Shown here piece by piece: positions 1 through 9,729 of a DNA stretch of 64,000 bases. How positions within the stretch are numbered: the first letter of the stretch is position 1; each line of letters opens with the position of its first letter. Below the pieces are notes generated by a model. The model was not told the DNA's origin. It ran no database searches and saw only the letters and a list, made by a program, of their open reading frames with translations. The translations under genes and the position numbers were made by a program. The stretch is from K189A clade bacterium (lineage in GTDB: Bacteria > Pseudomonadota > Gammaproteobacteria > Pseudomonadales > Azotimanducaceae): the NCBI GenBank assembly GCA_018607725.1, contig JABBAY010000223.1, forward strand, positions 3,367 to 67,366, in the 5' to 3' direction.

Positions 1-46
1 CGTGGTGATGGTCGTCGTGATGATGTTCTTCGATAATTGCGCTCAT
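1..46 (-). CDS. cytochrome c oxidase subunit I, N-terminal fragment running off the window
   Basis: The reverse complement reads ATG AGC GCA ATT ATC GAA GAA CAT CAT CAC GAC GAC CAT CAC CAC (MSAIIEEHHHDDHHH). A GGAG lies 7 nt upstream and the start is 14 nt after the coxB stop. The position fits CoxA/CtaD, but only 15 codons are visible. Confidence 0.45.
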   Translation of the reverse strand, partial: MSAIIEEHHHDDHHH

Positions 47-60
47 CCTGAATCTCCTGA

Positions 61-1203
61 CTACTGGCCGGTGCTCATCATGTTGTTCACTTCTCGTGGC
101 TGGATGGAATCATCCATGTTATTGCCCCAAGCGTTTCGTTCATAAGTTACTACTGCAGCAATTTCAGCCGCATTCAACTGCCCTTTAAAGGATTGCATCG
201 CCGTACCGGCTTTACCATTCAAGACAATATCCAGATGGTCAGCCATCGGGCCAACAGCAAGTCCTTGACCGACGAGGGATGGGAATGCTGGTGGCAGACC
301 TTGGCCGTTCTTTTGATGGCACGCCGAACAGACTCGGCCATAAACCTCCTCTCCTTTGACCATCAACTCGTCTTGGGTCCACTCTTTGCCCACAGTTTCA
401 TAGACTAGGCGGGCTTCTTCTTGCTTGCTTGCCAGCCAGGTATCGTATTCAGCTCGCTCTACTGCGCGAACCACGACGGGCATAAAGCCATGCTCTTTGC
501 CGCATAATTCTGCACACTGGCCGCGATAGGTCCCCGGCGTATCCACTACAGTCCAGGCTTCATGAACAAAGCCCGGGATCGCGTCACGCTTAATCGCAAA
601 GTCAGGAACCCACCAGGCATGCAGCGTGTCACCAGAAGTCACGAGAAAACGAACGCGAGTGTTAATGGGGATGACTAGCTCGTTATCCACATCCAACAGA
701 TAGTGCTCACGCTTGAGAACCTCATTTTTAATCTCGTCTTGTGGCGTCAACAAGGAGCTGATGAATTTCACTTCCTTGGTAGGATCGTCATTCAGATACG
801 TGTACTGCCATTTCCACTGCAAGCCACGAACTTCAATGTCGATCTCGGAATTCCCCGCATCATACATTGCGGTCAACGTCGTCGTTGCTGGTATGGCCAT
901 GGCAACCAGAATAATCACGGGGACAATGGTCCAGAGAATCTCTATTTTGGTGTTGTCATGGAAATCGGCAGGCACTGCGCCCAAGGATTTTCTATGCACC
1001 AGCATAGAGTAGATCATCACCGAAAATACCAGTACGCCAATCACCACGCAAACCCAAAAGATCAGCATGTGCAGGTCGTATACCTGACGGCTAATATCGG
1101 TAACCCCTTGTCTCATGTTCACCGACCAATCAGCGTGTACCACGCTGCTGGGCAGTAGCAGCGACAAAGCAACTAAAACCTTACTCTGTTTCGCTTTATC
1201 CAT
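61..1203 (-). CDS. coxB: cytochrome c oxidase subunit II with C-terminal cytochrome c domain
   Basis: CuA site HAWWVPDF...CAELCGKEHGFMP and C-terminal heme c motif CSACH. Signal peptide plus two TM helices. I chose the start at MDKAKQ (ATG 1203, GGAG upstream) rather than the ORF-track start at 1260. Confidence 0.9.
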   Translation of the reverse strand: MDKAKQSKVLVALSLLLPSSVVHADWSVNMRQGVTDISRQVYDLHMLIFWVCVVIGVLVFSVMIYSMLVHRKSLGAVPADFHDNTKIEILWTIVPVIILVAMAIPATTTLTAMYDAGNSEIDIEVRGLQWKWQYTYLNDDPTKEVKFISSLLTPQDEIKNEVLKREHYLLDVDNELVIPINTRVRFLVTSGDTLHAWWVPDFAIKRDAIPGFVHEAWTVVDTPGTYRGQCAELCGKEHGFMPVVVRAVERAEYDTWLASKQEEARLVYETVGKEWTQDELMVKGEEVYGRVCSACHQKNGQGLPPAFPSLVGQGLAVGPMADHLDIVLNGKAGTAMQSFKGQLNAAEIAAVVTYERNAWGNNMDDSIQPREVNNMMSTGQ

Positions 1204-1608
1204 CCCAAGAACTCCAAATTTGAATAAACACCATCCGAGCCACCAATGCTGGCCGGACATTAAAACTTTTGCGAATACTTTGATGTTAACTACGCAGTCG
1301 CAGCGGTTATGGTTTACGCGCTTAACCTAACCTGTATTGACTGGCAAACCCCCGAGAAACAGGAAATCGGGCGCATCCTAACACTATCGCCCCAGCAGAC
1401 GTAACTTATCACGCAACTGGATATGCAATATCACGAAACTGTATAGACAAGAGACCGCCGCAATTATATCAACGCGCGCGGCTTTCTCAAGTGTCCGGCG
1501 CGCTAAATATCCAGCTATTCAACTAAATGTCGAAGATTCCTTGGCGTTTTCGGACCTCACCAGCCCAACGAAGACTTCCCACAGCAGCTCGATCCCTTGA
1601 ACTAGGCA

Positions 1609-1809
1609 CTAGTCCCTTAACTTAATGGGCTGCCAGTCACCTACAACCTCCGTGGTACTGGCCGGCGTTAGATCATCCAGGTTCTGGCTGAAATCGCACT
1701 GATTGCAATGTCGACTCTGACCCTCGGCGGTTTGCACCACATAGATCAGATCCTCAACGCCGCATTGGGGACACATAGCGCCAGCGATAAATCGTTTTCG
1801 ACTAGTCAA
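1609..1809 (-). CDS. yheV: YheV-family zinc-ribbon protein (66 aa)
   Basis: The tail of ORF 1609..2094 reads (M)TSRKRFIAGAMCPQCGVEDLIYVV...HCNQCDF. This matches the E. coli YheV pattern RKRFIAGAKCPAC...C..C and its 66-aa length. The TTG start at 1809 overlaps the prlC stop by 8 nt. The upstream part of the ORF is antisense-frame noise inside prlC. Confidence 0.7.
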   Translation of the reverse strand: MTSRKRFIAGAMCPQCGVEDLIYVVQTAEGQSRHCNQCDFSQNLDDLTPASTTEVVGDWQPIKLRD

Positions 1810-3844
1810 GGATGCCTTCCTGACGCAGCAGCGCCGTGATCTCAGGTTCTCTGCCCATAAACGCCACAAACATATCCATGGGCGCCTCGGACCCGCCCTG
1901 CTCAAGAATGGTCGCCAAGAATTTCTCACCGGTCTGGCGATTGAAGATCCCTTCTTGCTGGAACCGCGAGAACGCATCCGCCGACAAGACCTCAGCCCAC
2001 TTATAGCTGTAATACCCTGCGGCATAGCCGCCACCGAAGATATGACCAAAACCATGTTGAAACCGATTGAACGGCGCTGCTTGCATGACCGCAACTCGGG
2101 ACCTGACTTCGTCTAACAAAGTCTGTATTTGTTGCGGTTGAGCGGGATCAAACTCACACCGAAGGCGGAAATCAAACAGGGAAAACTCTACTTGGCGCAC
2201 CATCTGCATGGCAGATTGGAAGTTTTTAGCCGCCAATACTTTTTGCAACAATGCTGTCGGCAATGGTTCGCCTGTTTCATAGTGACCCGATATGAACGCC
2301 AGGGCCTCTTCTTGCCAACACCAGTTCTCCATGAACTGACTTGGCAGCTCCACCGCATCCCACGCGACGCCGTTGATGCCGGAAACATCCGCGCAAGCAA
2401 CCCGAGTCAGCATATGATGCAGGCCATGGCCGAATTCATGGAACAACGTGACGACTTCATCGTGGGTCAGTAGTGCCGGCTGACTGCCCACTGGCGCAGA
2501 AAAATTGCAGGTTAGATAGGCCACAGGTAATTGCAGGCTGCCGTCAGCGCGCAGACGTCGAACTCGGCAATCGTCCATCCAAGCACCGCCCTGTTTGTGC
2601 TGACGAGCATAAAGATCGAGATAGAAACGCGCAATCAAAGCGCCATTTTTGAAAATGTTATAGGTCGTCACATCCGGGTGCCAGGTTTTGATGTCCTCGA
2701 CTTGCACGACCTCCAGATCAAACAACCGTTTGACCACCTCGAACATGCCCAGTATCACAGTCGGCGCTGGCAGGTAGGGGCGCAGTGCCTCATCAGAGAC
2801 ACTGAACTTAGTTTCTTTGAGCTTCTCGGCATAAAATCCCAAATCCCAGGGGTTGATTTCCGCTGCGCCGAATGTGGTTCTTGCGAATTCACAGAGCTCA
2901 TCAAATTCAGTGACCGCGGCCGGTTTTGCGTGGCTCGCCAAGTCGTCCAAGAACGTCAACACCTGATCCGTCGACTGGGCCATCTTGGTCGCCAACGACA
3001 ACTCCGCATAGTTGTCAAAACCCAGTAGCCGGGCCTTTTCTTGCTCTAACGTCAAGATCTCAATCATCACCTGGGAGTTATCCCATTGCCCCGCATTTGG
3101 CCCGAGATCTGACGCCCGCGTGACATAGGCCTCATACATTTCTCGACGTAATCGTTGATTGTCACAGTAGGTCAAGACTGGCATATAGCTGGGGAATTCC
3201 AGAGTGAATAGATAACCCTGCACACCCCGTTGCTCGGCGGTCTGTCTGGCAAGCGCGAGGGCGCTGGCCGGCAAGCCTGCTAACTCGGATTCGTCACTGA
3301 TCAGCTTCGACCAAGCCATGGTCGCATCAAGTACATTATCGTTGAATTTGCCCGACAAAGCCGCGAGTCGTTTACCAATCTCCGCAAACCGTTGCTGTTG
3401 TTCGCGCGGCAAATCGATACCGGACAAGCGAAAATCTCGCCGGGCATTATCCAGCGCCTTGCGTTCGGCCTTACCCAGTTGTGCATATTCGGCGCTCGCG
3501 GCAATTGCCTCATAGGCCTTAAATAGTCTTGGGTTCTGGCCCAGAGCCGTCGCATATTCAGACAGCATCGGCCGACACTTATTCCAGACCTCGCGCAATT
3601 CGGGGGTATTCACCACCGCGTTCATATGTCCCACGGCCGAATAGACTTGCCGAAGCTCATCATCCATCTGCTCGATCACATTCACCAGGCCTGACCACGT
3701 CGTTTGACCGGCGTCCAGCAGCTCATCAATTGCCTGCAGGTTGGCCGCCAGACGCGCCTCAATGGCCGGCAATACGTGTTCCGGCTGAATCAAATCAAAC
3801 GGCGGCAGTTCATGGGTTTCGAGCAACGGATTATTCATCGTCAA
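1802..3844 (-). CDS. prlC: oligopeptidase A (M3 zinc metallopeptidase)
   Basis: 680 aa with the HEFGHGLHH zinc motif. Full-length M3-family architecture. Confidence 0.93.
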   Translation of the reverse strand: MTMNNPLLETHELPPFDLIQPEHVLPAIEARLAANLQAIDELLDAGQTTWSGLVNVIEQMDDELRQVYSAVGHMNAVVNTPELREVWNKCRPMLSEYATALGQNPRLFKAYEAIAASAEYAQLGKAERKALDNARRDFRLSGIDLPREQQQRFAEIGKRLAALSGKFNDNVLDATMAWSKLISDESELAGLPASALALARQTAEQRGVQGYLFTLEFPSYMPVLTYCDNQRLRREMYEAYVTRASDLGPNAGQWDNSQVMIEILTLEQEKARLLGFDNYAELSLATKMAQSTDQVLTFLDDLASHAKPAAVTEFDELCEFARTTFGAAEINPWDLGFYAEKLKETKFSVSDEALRPYLPAPTVILGMFEVVKRLFDLEVVQVEDIKTWHPDVTTYNIFKNGALIARFYLDLYARQHKQGGAWMDDCRVRRLRADGSLQLPVAYLTCNFSAPVGSQPALLTHDEVVTLFHEFGHGLHHMLTRVACADVSGINGVAWDAVELPSQFMENWCWQEEALAFISGHYETGEPLPTALLQKVLAAKNFQSAMQMVRQVEFSLFDFRLRCEFDPAQPQQIQTLLDEVRSRVAVMQAAPFNRFQHGFGHIFGGGYAAGYYSYKWAEVLSADAFSRFQQEGIFNRQTGEKFLATILEQGGSEAPMDMFVAFMGREPEITALLRQEGILD

Positions 3845-3862
3845 TTCTCAATGTTCTCAATG

Positions 3863-4672
3863 TTAAGTGGCGCGAAGCATGGCCATCACTGGCTGAGTCT
3901 TTACTTTTAAGCCAAACCAGATCTCGAAAGCCAAGGCCGCCTGCTCAACAAGCATACCCAAACCATCACGGGTCATAGCCGCCCCATGAGCCTGGCACCA
4001 TTGGTTAAAGTCGGTGGCCTGCTGGCTATAAACCATATCGTAAACATGACTGTCGCGACCAATGACGCGCGCCGGAATCGCAGGCAACCTACCCGTTAAG
4101 CCGGCTGAGGTACCATTGATCACCAGGTCATAGTCGGACTCTAACTCAGCACTGGTGGTGAAGCCCAAGGGGCCTTCAAACTGATCAACCAATGCCGCTG
4201 ACTTCGCCGGGGTTCGATTCCATAGATGCACGTATTCGGGCTCGGCTGCCAATAGGCTCCCGAGTACGCCCCGCACCGCGCCACCAGCACCCAAGACCAG
4301 TATTCGTTTGCCACGCAGGTGCCAGCCCAGATTATCGGCGATATCTGTGATCAACCCAGGGCCATCCGTATTGTCACCCAACAGCTCACCATCAGCCAAC
4401 ACCGTGATGGTATTCACGGCCTCGGCGAGGCGGGCATTGTCTGACACCGAATCAGCAAGCTGATAGGCGTCGAATTTAAACGGCACTGTGATGTTAAAGC
4501 CCTTCGCGCCATCCGCGATAAATCCTCGAGCGCCTGCCTCAAAGCCGTCCAGTGGCAGCTCAATCTTGTCGTAACGAATATCGATACCCACCTGACTTGC
4601 AAAGGCCTGGTGAATTCGCGGGGATTGACTATGACCGACTGGGTGGCCCAACACGGCTAAGCGGTGCGTCAA
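3863..4672 (-). CDS. aroE: shikimate dehydrogenase
   Basis: LAVLGHPVGHSQSPRIH N-terminus, NTDGPG motif and the VLGAGGAVRG NADP fold. TTG start in a TTGA overlap with the tsaC stop. Confidence 0.9.
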   Translation of the reverse strand: MTHRLAVLGHPVGHSQSPRIHQAFASQVGIDIRYDKIELPLDGFEAGARGFIADGAKGFNITVPFKFDAYQLADSVSDNARLAEAVNTITVLADGELLGDNTDGPGLITDIADNLGWHLRGKRILVLGAGGAVRGVLGSLLAAEPEYVHLWNRTPAKSAALVDQFEGPLGFTTSAELESDYDLVINGTSAGLTGRLPAIPARVIGRDSHVYDMVYSQQATDFNQWCQAHGAAMTRDGLGMLVEQAALAFEIWFGLKVKTQPVMAMLRAT

Positions 4673-5253
4673 GACGCCCCCTGTTGGCTCGCGGCTCGAA
4701 TCACCGTGCCGCTGACTAGGTCGCGAATCTCACTGGCGCCATTCTGACCACCGAGCTCACCGGGCACAACGTAGTCAATCGCTGCATGGAAATAACGCTG
4801 TAACATCAAGATCGACAATGCTGGTTTTTTGCCACCAGGGTTCGCTGAAGTCGAGACGATGGGTTGTCCCAGACAATCACAAATCCCCTGCACCACAGGA
4901 TGTGCGGAAACCCGTATCGCCACCTTATCGCTCTCGCCGGCAATCCAGTCAGGGACTCGCTGGCTGCGGGGTACAATATAGGTGACAGGGCCAGGCCAGG
5001 CTTGCCGAAGCAAAGTACGCTGAGCCGCAGTGATTTGGCCGATATAACCTTCCACTTGCTCAAAGCTGGCACCGACCAAGATCAAGCCCTGACGCCAGCT
5101 GCGTTGCTTCATCAATAAAATGCGATCGACGGCGAGACGATTTTCCGGCAAACAGCCCAAACCCCAGACGCCTTCCGTGGGGTAAGCGATCACTTCACCC
5201 TGCTCTAACCGGGTCGCGACCATCTTGAAACGCCAGGTCTGGGGGTGCACCAT
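4669..5253 (-). CDS. tsaC: L-threonylcarbamoyladenylate synthase (YrdC/Sua5 family)
   Basis: VIAYPTEGVWGLGC, KQRSWRQGLILV and STSANPGG motifs. I chose the start at MVHPQ (5253) so that it does not overlap purE. Confidence 0.88.
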   Translation of the reverse strand: MVHPQTWRFKMVATRLEQGEVIAYPTEGVWGLGCLPENRLAVDRILLMKQRSWRQGLILVGASFEQVEGYIGQITAAQRTLLRQAWPGPVTYIVPRSQRVPDWIAGESDKVAIRVSAHPVVQGICDCLGQPIVSTSANPGGKKPALSILMLQRYFHAAIDYVVPGELGGQNGASEIRDLVSGTVIRAASQQGAS

Positions 5254-5269
5254 TGCAGTCGATGAATTC

Positions 5270-5764
5270 CTAAATGTCGAGATTGTGGTTCTTCTGACGG
5301 ATCGATTCGGCATTCGCCGCCCGCTCTGCTAGCAGCCGACCATGCAATGCTTCGTCCGCCAGCGCCAGCATTTGAGCCGCCAAATAGCCTGCGTTCTTCG
5401 CACCAGCCTTACCAATAGCAACGGTAGCAACGGGCACACCGCCCGGCATCTGCACGGTCGAGAGCAGCGCGTCGAAACCCTGCAATGGGCCTGAGTCAAT
5501 GGGCACGCCGATCACGGGCTTGAGCGTATGGGCCGCCACTGCTCCTGCGAGATGAGCCGCCATACCCGCACCAGCGATAAATACTGCGCAACCACGCTGT
5601 TCAGCGTCAAGGATAAAGTCCCTGGTGTCTTCCGGGGTACGATGGGCTGAAGTAACGCGCACTTCATATCTGACACCCAAGTTCTTCAAGACCTCACAAC
5701 CGGCCTTCATAACGGGTAAATCGGAATCCGAGCCCATTAAAATTGCAACGAATGGCGACGACAT
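5270..5764 (-). CDS. purE: N5-carboxyaminoimidazole ribonucleotide mutase
   Basis: 164 aa with [16 protein letters not shown] and AGMAAHLAG motifs. Confidence 0.92.
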   Translation of the reverse strand: MSSPFVAILMGSDSDLPVMKAGCEVLKNLGVRYEVRVTSAHRTPEDTRDFILDAEQRGCAVFIAGAGMAAHLAGAVAAHTLKPVIGVPIDSGPLQGFDALLSTVQMPGGVPVATVAIGKAGAKNAGYLAAQMLALADEALHGRLLAERAANAESIRQKNHNLDI

Positions 5765-5851
5765 ACTAGATACTCTGCTGACTTAAAGGGAGCAGAAATT
5801 TAACCTAGTCTCTGTCGGCTTTCAAGAACTGCGGCAGGATTCCGCTACCGG

Positions 5852-6976
5852 CTATGACCAGGGTTTTATCAAACGATACCCCCCCAGGCCCAATTCAACC
5901 AGGCCGACAATTTCCAGTTCGACCAACGTCCTGATAACTTCGCTCGCAGCTACGCCTACCAGCTCAGCCACTCGGTCCTGGGTCTGAGGCTCCAAATCCA
6001 GAACATTAAGTAGTTGGGTCTGCAATGGCGTCAGCCCATCGCTGGGATTGGAGCGCGCCTGTGCAACACTGACCATCGACTCTAGATCCAGTTCTTCCAG
6101 AACATCCTGCTCGTGAGCTGTGAGTTTTGCACCGTCACGCAACAGTTGATGGCAGCCTTCGCTGAGCTTGCTAAGGACCGAACCCGGCACGGCAAAAACC
6201 TCCCTGCCTTGCTCCATCGCTAAACGCGCGGAGATCAGTGAGCCGCTCTTGAGTCGCGCCTCAACAACCAAGGTGCCTAAGCTCAGTCCGGTAACCACTC
6301 GATTACGTTGCGGAAAATGATTCGGTGCGGCGGTGGTGCCCGGCGGAAATTCAGAAACAATCAATCCACGATTCTGGATCTCAGAATAAAGGCTGGCATG
6401 CTGTGGCGGGTAAACTTGGTCCGGACCAGTGCCTAGTACGGCGATTGTGGTGCCGCCGCTAGCCAAACTGGCGGCATGGGCAATCCCATCAATACCCAAA
6501 GCCATGCCGCTGGTGATCGACAGACCCCGATCAACCAGCCGGCCAACCAGGTGCTTTACCACAGACCGACCATACTGAGTCGGATGACGGCTGCCGACAA
6601 CCGCAAGCTGAGAAGCGCGGAATATCCTTAGGTCGCCGACGCAGAATAAACCGATAGGTGGATCATCAATTTGCCGCAACAGCTGCGGGTAATCCTGCGA
6701 CTCCCAATCAACGAAGAACCGCCGCGCGCCCTTGAGCCAGGCGAGATCCATTTCTACCTGTTGATGTAACGCCGGAGCTCGCAAGCGTTCTTGCAGACGC
6801 AACGCTGCCGGGTATTTCAATCCGCATTTTGACCCGTGCTCTGAAGCCACGAAATGGTCACAGGCAGACTGGACGTCGCCCAACAGCGCCAGTAAACGAT
6901 GACACAACCGCGGCTGCACCGCAGTTGCACGGATAAGCAGCAGATGAGAGTAGATCAGCGCTTCAGTCGCTGACAC
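5852..6976 (-). CDS. dprA: DNA-processing protein DprA/Smf
   Basis: VVGSRHPTQYG and SGMALGIDGIAH Rossmann-like core with a C-terminal winged-helix tail. GTG start. Confidence 0.9.
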   Translation of the reverse strand: MSATEALIYSHLLLIRATAVQPRLCHRLLALLGDVQSACDHFVASEHGSKCGLKYPAALRLQERLRAPALHQQVEMDLAWLKGARRFFVDWESQDYPQLLRQIDDPPIGLFCVGDLRIFRASQLAVVGSRHPTQYGRSVVKHLVGRLVDRGLSITSGMALGIDGIAHAASLASGGTTIAVLGTGPDQVYPPQHASLYSEIQNRGLIVSEFPPGTTAAPNHFPQRNRVVTGLSLGTLVVEARLKSGSLISARLAMEQGREVFAVPGSVLSKLSEGCHQLLRDGAKLTAHEQDVLEELDLESMVSVAQARSNPSDGLTPLQTQLLNVLDLEPQTQDRVAELVGVAASEVIRTLVELEIVGLVELGLGGYRLIKPWS

Positions 6977-7060
6977 GCCACGTGTCCATATCGGTTCACC
7001 CCGTCCATGTTGAGGTCTTACCTTAACAACAGGAATCCGCGCCCGTCGACTGGCGACTAC

Positions 7061-8122
7061 CTAGGGGTTTTGTAGCAAATCACCGACCCTCACCGGCTCT
7101 TTTGACTCTAGCACGAGACCATAGGACATCTTATCGAAGACCCTAAAGACCATCAAAAGGCCGACTCGCTCCGCTGGCATGCGAACTTGGTCGCCCGCCA
7201 CCTTGTCACGGACGATGGCGCCCTGTTTAAAGATCGCTAAGACATTACCCACCGCCAAACCCGACCGCACGCCGCGATTGACCGTGACCACGTGGTTTTT
7301 GCCTACCTGGGTGGCATTCCCGACAATCGTCATGATCGCGCCACTAATCGCCGTTGCTGGCGCGGCAGGGTAAAACATCGACTCAACTCGGCGCTCTTCC
7401 GTGGGCAATAGTCGATCGCCCAATCTGACATCGGCCTTGACCGCACCTAAACTCATGGTCACGATATCATCGTCACGTTGTAGCACCGTCGCGACGCCCA
7501 GTTCTTGGGCCTCGTAGCCAAGAATCTCTTTAGTTTCCGGGTCTTGATAAATTTGGCCAGACCGAAACACACCATACACTGTCGTATCCTTGGCCCATTC
7601 TCCGCGCGCGTAAAATTGATCACCAGGCCCAAAAATCAGTCGCTCCGATTTATTCGCCAGGATGTACGGTGCCTGGTCCAGTGTCTGCGCTTCGACGATT
7701 CGCCCAGCATTCAGCAAGCCCGCAATAGCGTCTAAGGGGATTGCCGGTATCGAGCTCGTCAGAGGCTCGGATCTGATCCTGGGGCTGGCTTTAACATCCC
7801 GATTGGGCATCGGGGTCAACCGCACGGTACGGGCCTCATCGCCCCGAGACAGCAGCAACTGGGGCTCGCCGTCGATATATCGCAGCATGATCTCATCACC
7901 GGGATAAATCAGGTGTGGATTTTCAATCTCGGGGTTCACTCGCCAGATCTCCGGCCAACGCCAAGCCTGTGTCAGAAACATCGACGAGATATCCCACAAG
8001 GTATCGCCTTGTTGAACGAGGTAGCGATCAGGATGGCCGGGTTTTAGAATATCGTTGGCCGCAAGGCTGGCTTGACTTATTAGTAGCAGATTGACAACAA
8101 CAGCGATAAGAATTTTTCGCAT
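7061..8122 (-). CDS. LysM peptidoglycan-binding protein (TsaP-like), secreted
   Basis: Signal peptide MRKILIAVVVNLLLISQASLA and LysM motif YLVQQGDTLWDIS. It sits in the conserved position divergent from def, as in Pseudomonas. Confidence 0.78.
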   Translation of the reverse strand: MRKILIAVVVNLLLISQASLAANDILKPGHPDRYLVQQGDTLWDISSMFLTQAWRWPEIWRVNPEIENPHLIYPGDEIMLRYIDGEPQLLLSRGDEARTVRLTPMPNRDVKASPRIRSEPLTSSIPAIPLDAIAGLLNAGRIVEAQTLDQAPYILANKSERLIFGPGDQFYARGEWAKDTTVYGVFRSGQIYQDPETKEILGYEAQELGVATVLQRDDDIVTMSLGAVKADVRLGDRLLPTEERRVESMFYPAAPATAISGAIMTIVGNATQVGKNHVVTVNRGVRSGLAVGNVLAIFKQGAIVRDKVAGDQVRMPAERVGLLMVFRVFDKMSYGLVLESKEPVRVGDLLQNP

Positions 8123-8265
8123 AGGGCGAATCCCATCCTCAAAACGCGTACAATATCAGGTAATTCTAGACGACACATCTGTGATCAGATGAGCTGAATT
8201 GCCAACTTGAACATGATCTTCATCAAATTATTTACACTATTATTACAGGGTTAGAACTGAACGCC

Positions 8266-8769
8266 ATGGCGCTATTAAATATCTTGGAATTCCCGGATCC
8301 CCGGTTGAGAACCGTCGCTGAACCCGTCAAGGACGTCAACGGCAAAATCGCGATGCTCGCCGACAACATGCTCGAGACAATGTACGCGGCGCCTGGCATC
8401 GGTTTGGCTGCAAGCCAGGTAAACATGCACCTGCGGCTGCTGGTGGTGGATATTTCTGAGGATAATTCATCGCCGCTGGTGTTGATCAATCCAGAGATCA
8501 TTGCACGTGAAGGCGAGATTGAAACGAACGAGGGTTGCTTGTCTATCCCCGGTTATTTCGAGCCCGTATACCGGTCCGAAAAAATAGAAGTCACGGCCAT
8601 TGACCGCGAGGGCAACCCTTTTACCCTGACCGCAGACGACCTTCTGTCGGTTTGCATTCAGCATGAAATGGACCATCTCGAGGGAAAATTGTTCGTCGAC
8701 TATATCTCTGATACCAAACGCCAGATGATTCGCAAAAAATTACTCAAACAGCGCAAGCACCGTGAATAG
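8266..8769 (+). CDS. def: peptide deformylase
   Basis: [14 protein letters not shown] and HEMDHL motifs. Confidence 0.96.
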   Translation: MALLNILEFPDPRLRTVAEPVKDVNGKIAMLADNMLETMYAAPGIGLAASQVNMHLRLLVVDISEDNSSPLVLINPEIIAREGEIETNEGCLSIPGYFEPVYRSEKIEVTAIDREGNPFTLTADDLLSVCIQHEMDHLEGKLFVDYISDTKRQMIRKKLLKQRKHRE

Positions 8770-8778
8770 GCCTAAAAG

Positions 8779-9729
8779 TTGAACCTATTGTTTGCCGGTA
8801 CGCCCGATTTTGCTGCTGATCATCTCGGTGCGCTGATTGCCAGCGAGCACCATATTGTTGGCGTCATCACGCAGCCCGACAAACCGGGCAAGCGGGGCAA
8901 GCAGAATGTTCCCTGCGCTGTTAAGCGCCTGGCCGAACAACATCACTTGCCCGTTCTGCAGCCGCAACGCTTGCGCCGCGGTGACATTGAACACCTGAAT
9001 GTCGATCTGATGGTTGTTGTCGCATACGGGCAAATTCTCAAACCTGAAGTCTTGGATTATCCCCGATTAGGCTGCATCAATGTGCACGGCTCACTTCTGC
9101 CCCGTTGGCGCGGTGCGGCGCCCATCCAGCGGGCGATCCTGGCTGGCGATACCGAGTCTGGCGTCTGCATCATCCAAATGGATGCGGGGCTAGATACGGG
9201 CGACGTCTTGTTATGCGCAAAAACGGACATCGCCGCGACAGAAACCAGTCAAAGTCTAGCCGCGAAACTCAGCGAGCTCGGTACTCGCGCCTTGCTCACT
9301 GCGATTGAGCAAATCGCCGCTGGCACGACTCAACCTCAACCACAGCCTGATGGGGCAACCTACGCTCACAAAATTGAAAAGCACGAAGCTCAGATCGATT
9401 GGTCTGGAACAGCCAGTGAAATCGATCGAATGGTCCGTGGCTTTAACCCTGAGCCGATTGCGTTCACGGTTCTCAATGGTCTCAGAATGAAGGTCTGGGC
9501 TGTCGAATACATCAGTGCGGAGACTCAGGCATTGGTGAACAGCACCCAGCAAGCACAACCTGGCGAGATTCTTGCCATCTCAAAACGCGGCGTGCTCGTC
9601 GCTTGCGGTACCGATGCACTATGGTTGACCGCTGTTCAGTTACCCCTGGGCAAGGGCAGCATCCTCACCGGTGCCGATATACTCAATGCACGCAAGGCAC
9701 TCTTTATGCCTGGCACGAAACTTTCCTGA
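8779..9729 (+). CDS. fmt: methionyl-tRNA formyltransferase
   Basis: HGSLLPRWRGAAPIQRAI motif. TTG start, directly downstream of def. Confidence 0.94.
   Translation: MNLLFAGTPDFAADHLGALIASEHHIVGVITQPDKPGKRGKQNVPCAVKRLAEQHHLPVLQPQRLRRGDIEHLNVDLMVVVAYGQILKPEVLDYPRLGCINVHGSLLPRWRGAAPIQRAILAGDTESGVCIIQMDAGLDTGDVLLCAKTDIAATETSQSLAAKLSELGTRALLTAIEQIAAGTTQPQPQPDGATYAHKIEKHEAQIDWSGTASEIDRMVRGFNPEPIAFTVLNGLRMKVWAVEYISAETQALVNSTQQAQPGEILAISKRGVLVACGTDALWLTAVQLPLGKGSILTGADILNARKALFMPGTKLS

Noticed and set aside
61-1260. N-terminal extensions in the ORF track for coxB, and likewise for tsaC (to 5313), rsmB (from 9603), gyrB (to 21592), mnmG (from 30883), the P450 (from 51451), yicC (to 63952) and lpxL (to 14793).
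   Set aside because: The extensions overlap neighbouring genes or add residues absent from homologues. Internal starts with an RBS and family-typical N-termini fit better. These are maximal-ORF artefacts, not unusual proteins.
5270-5764. purE without an adjacent purK, at a position not seen in the Pseudomonas-type layout.
   Set aside because: The gene looks intact and ordinary. purE and purK are unlinked in many genomes, and nothing in the flanks suggests mobility. A synteny difference alone is not noteworthy.
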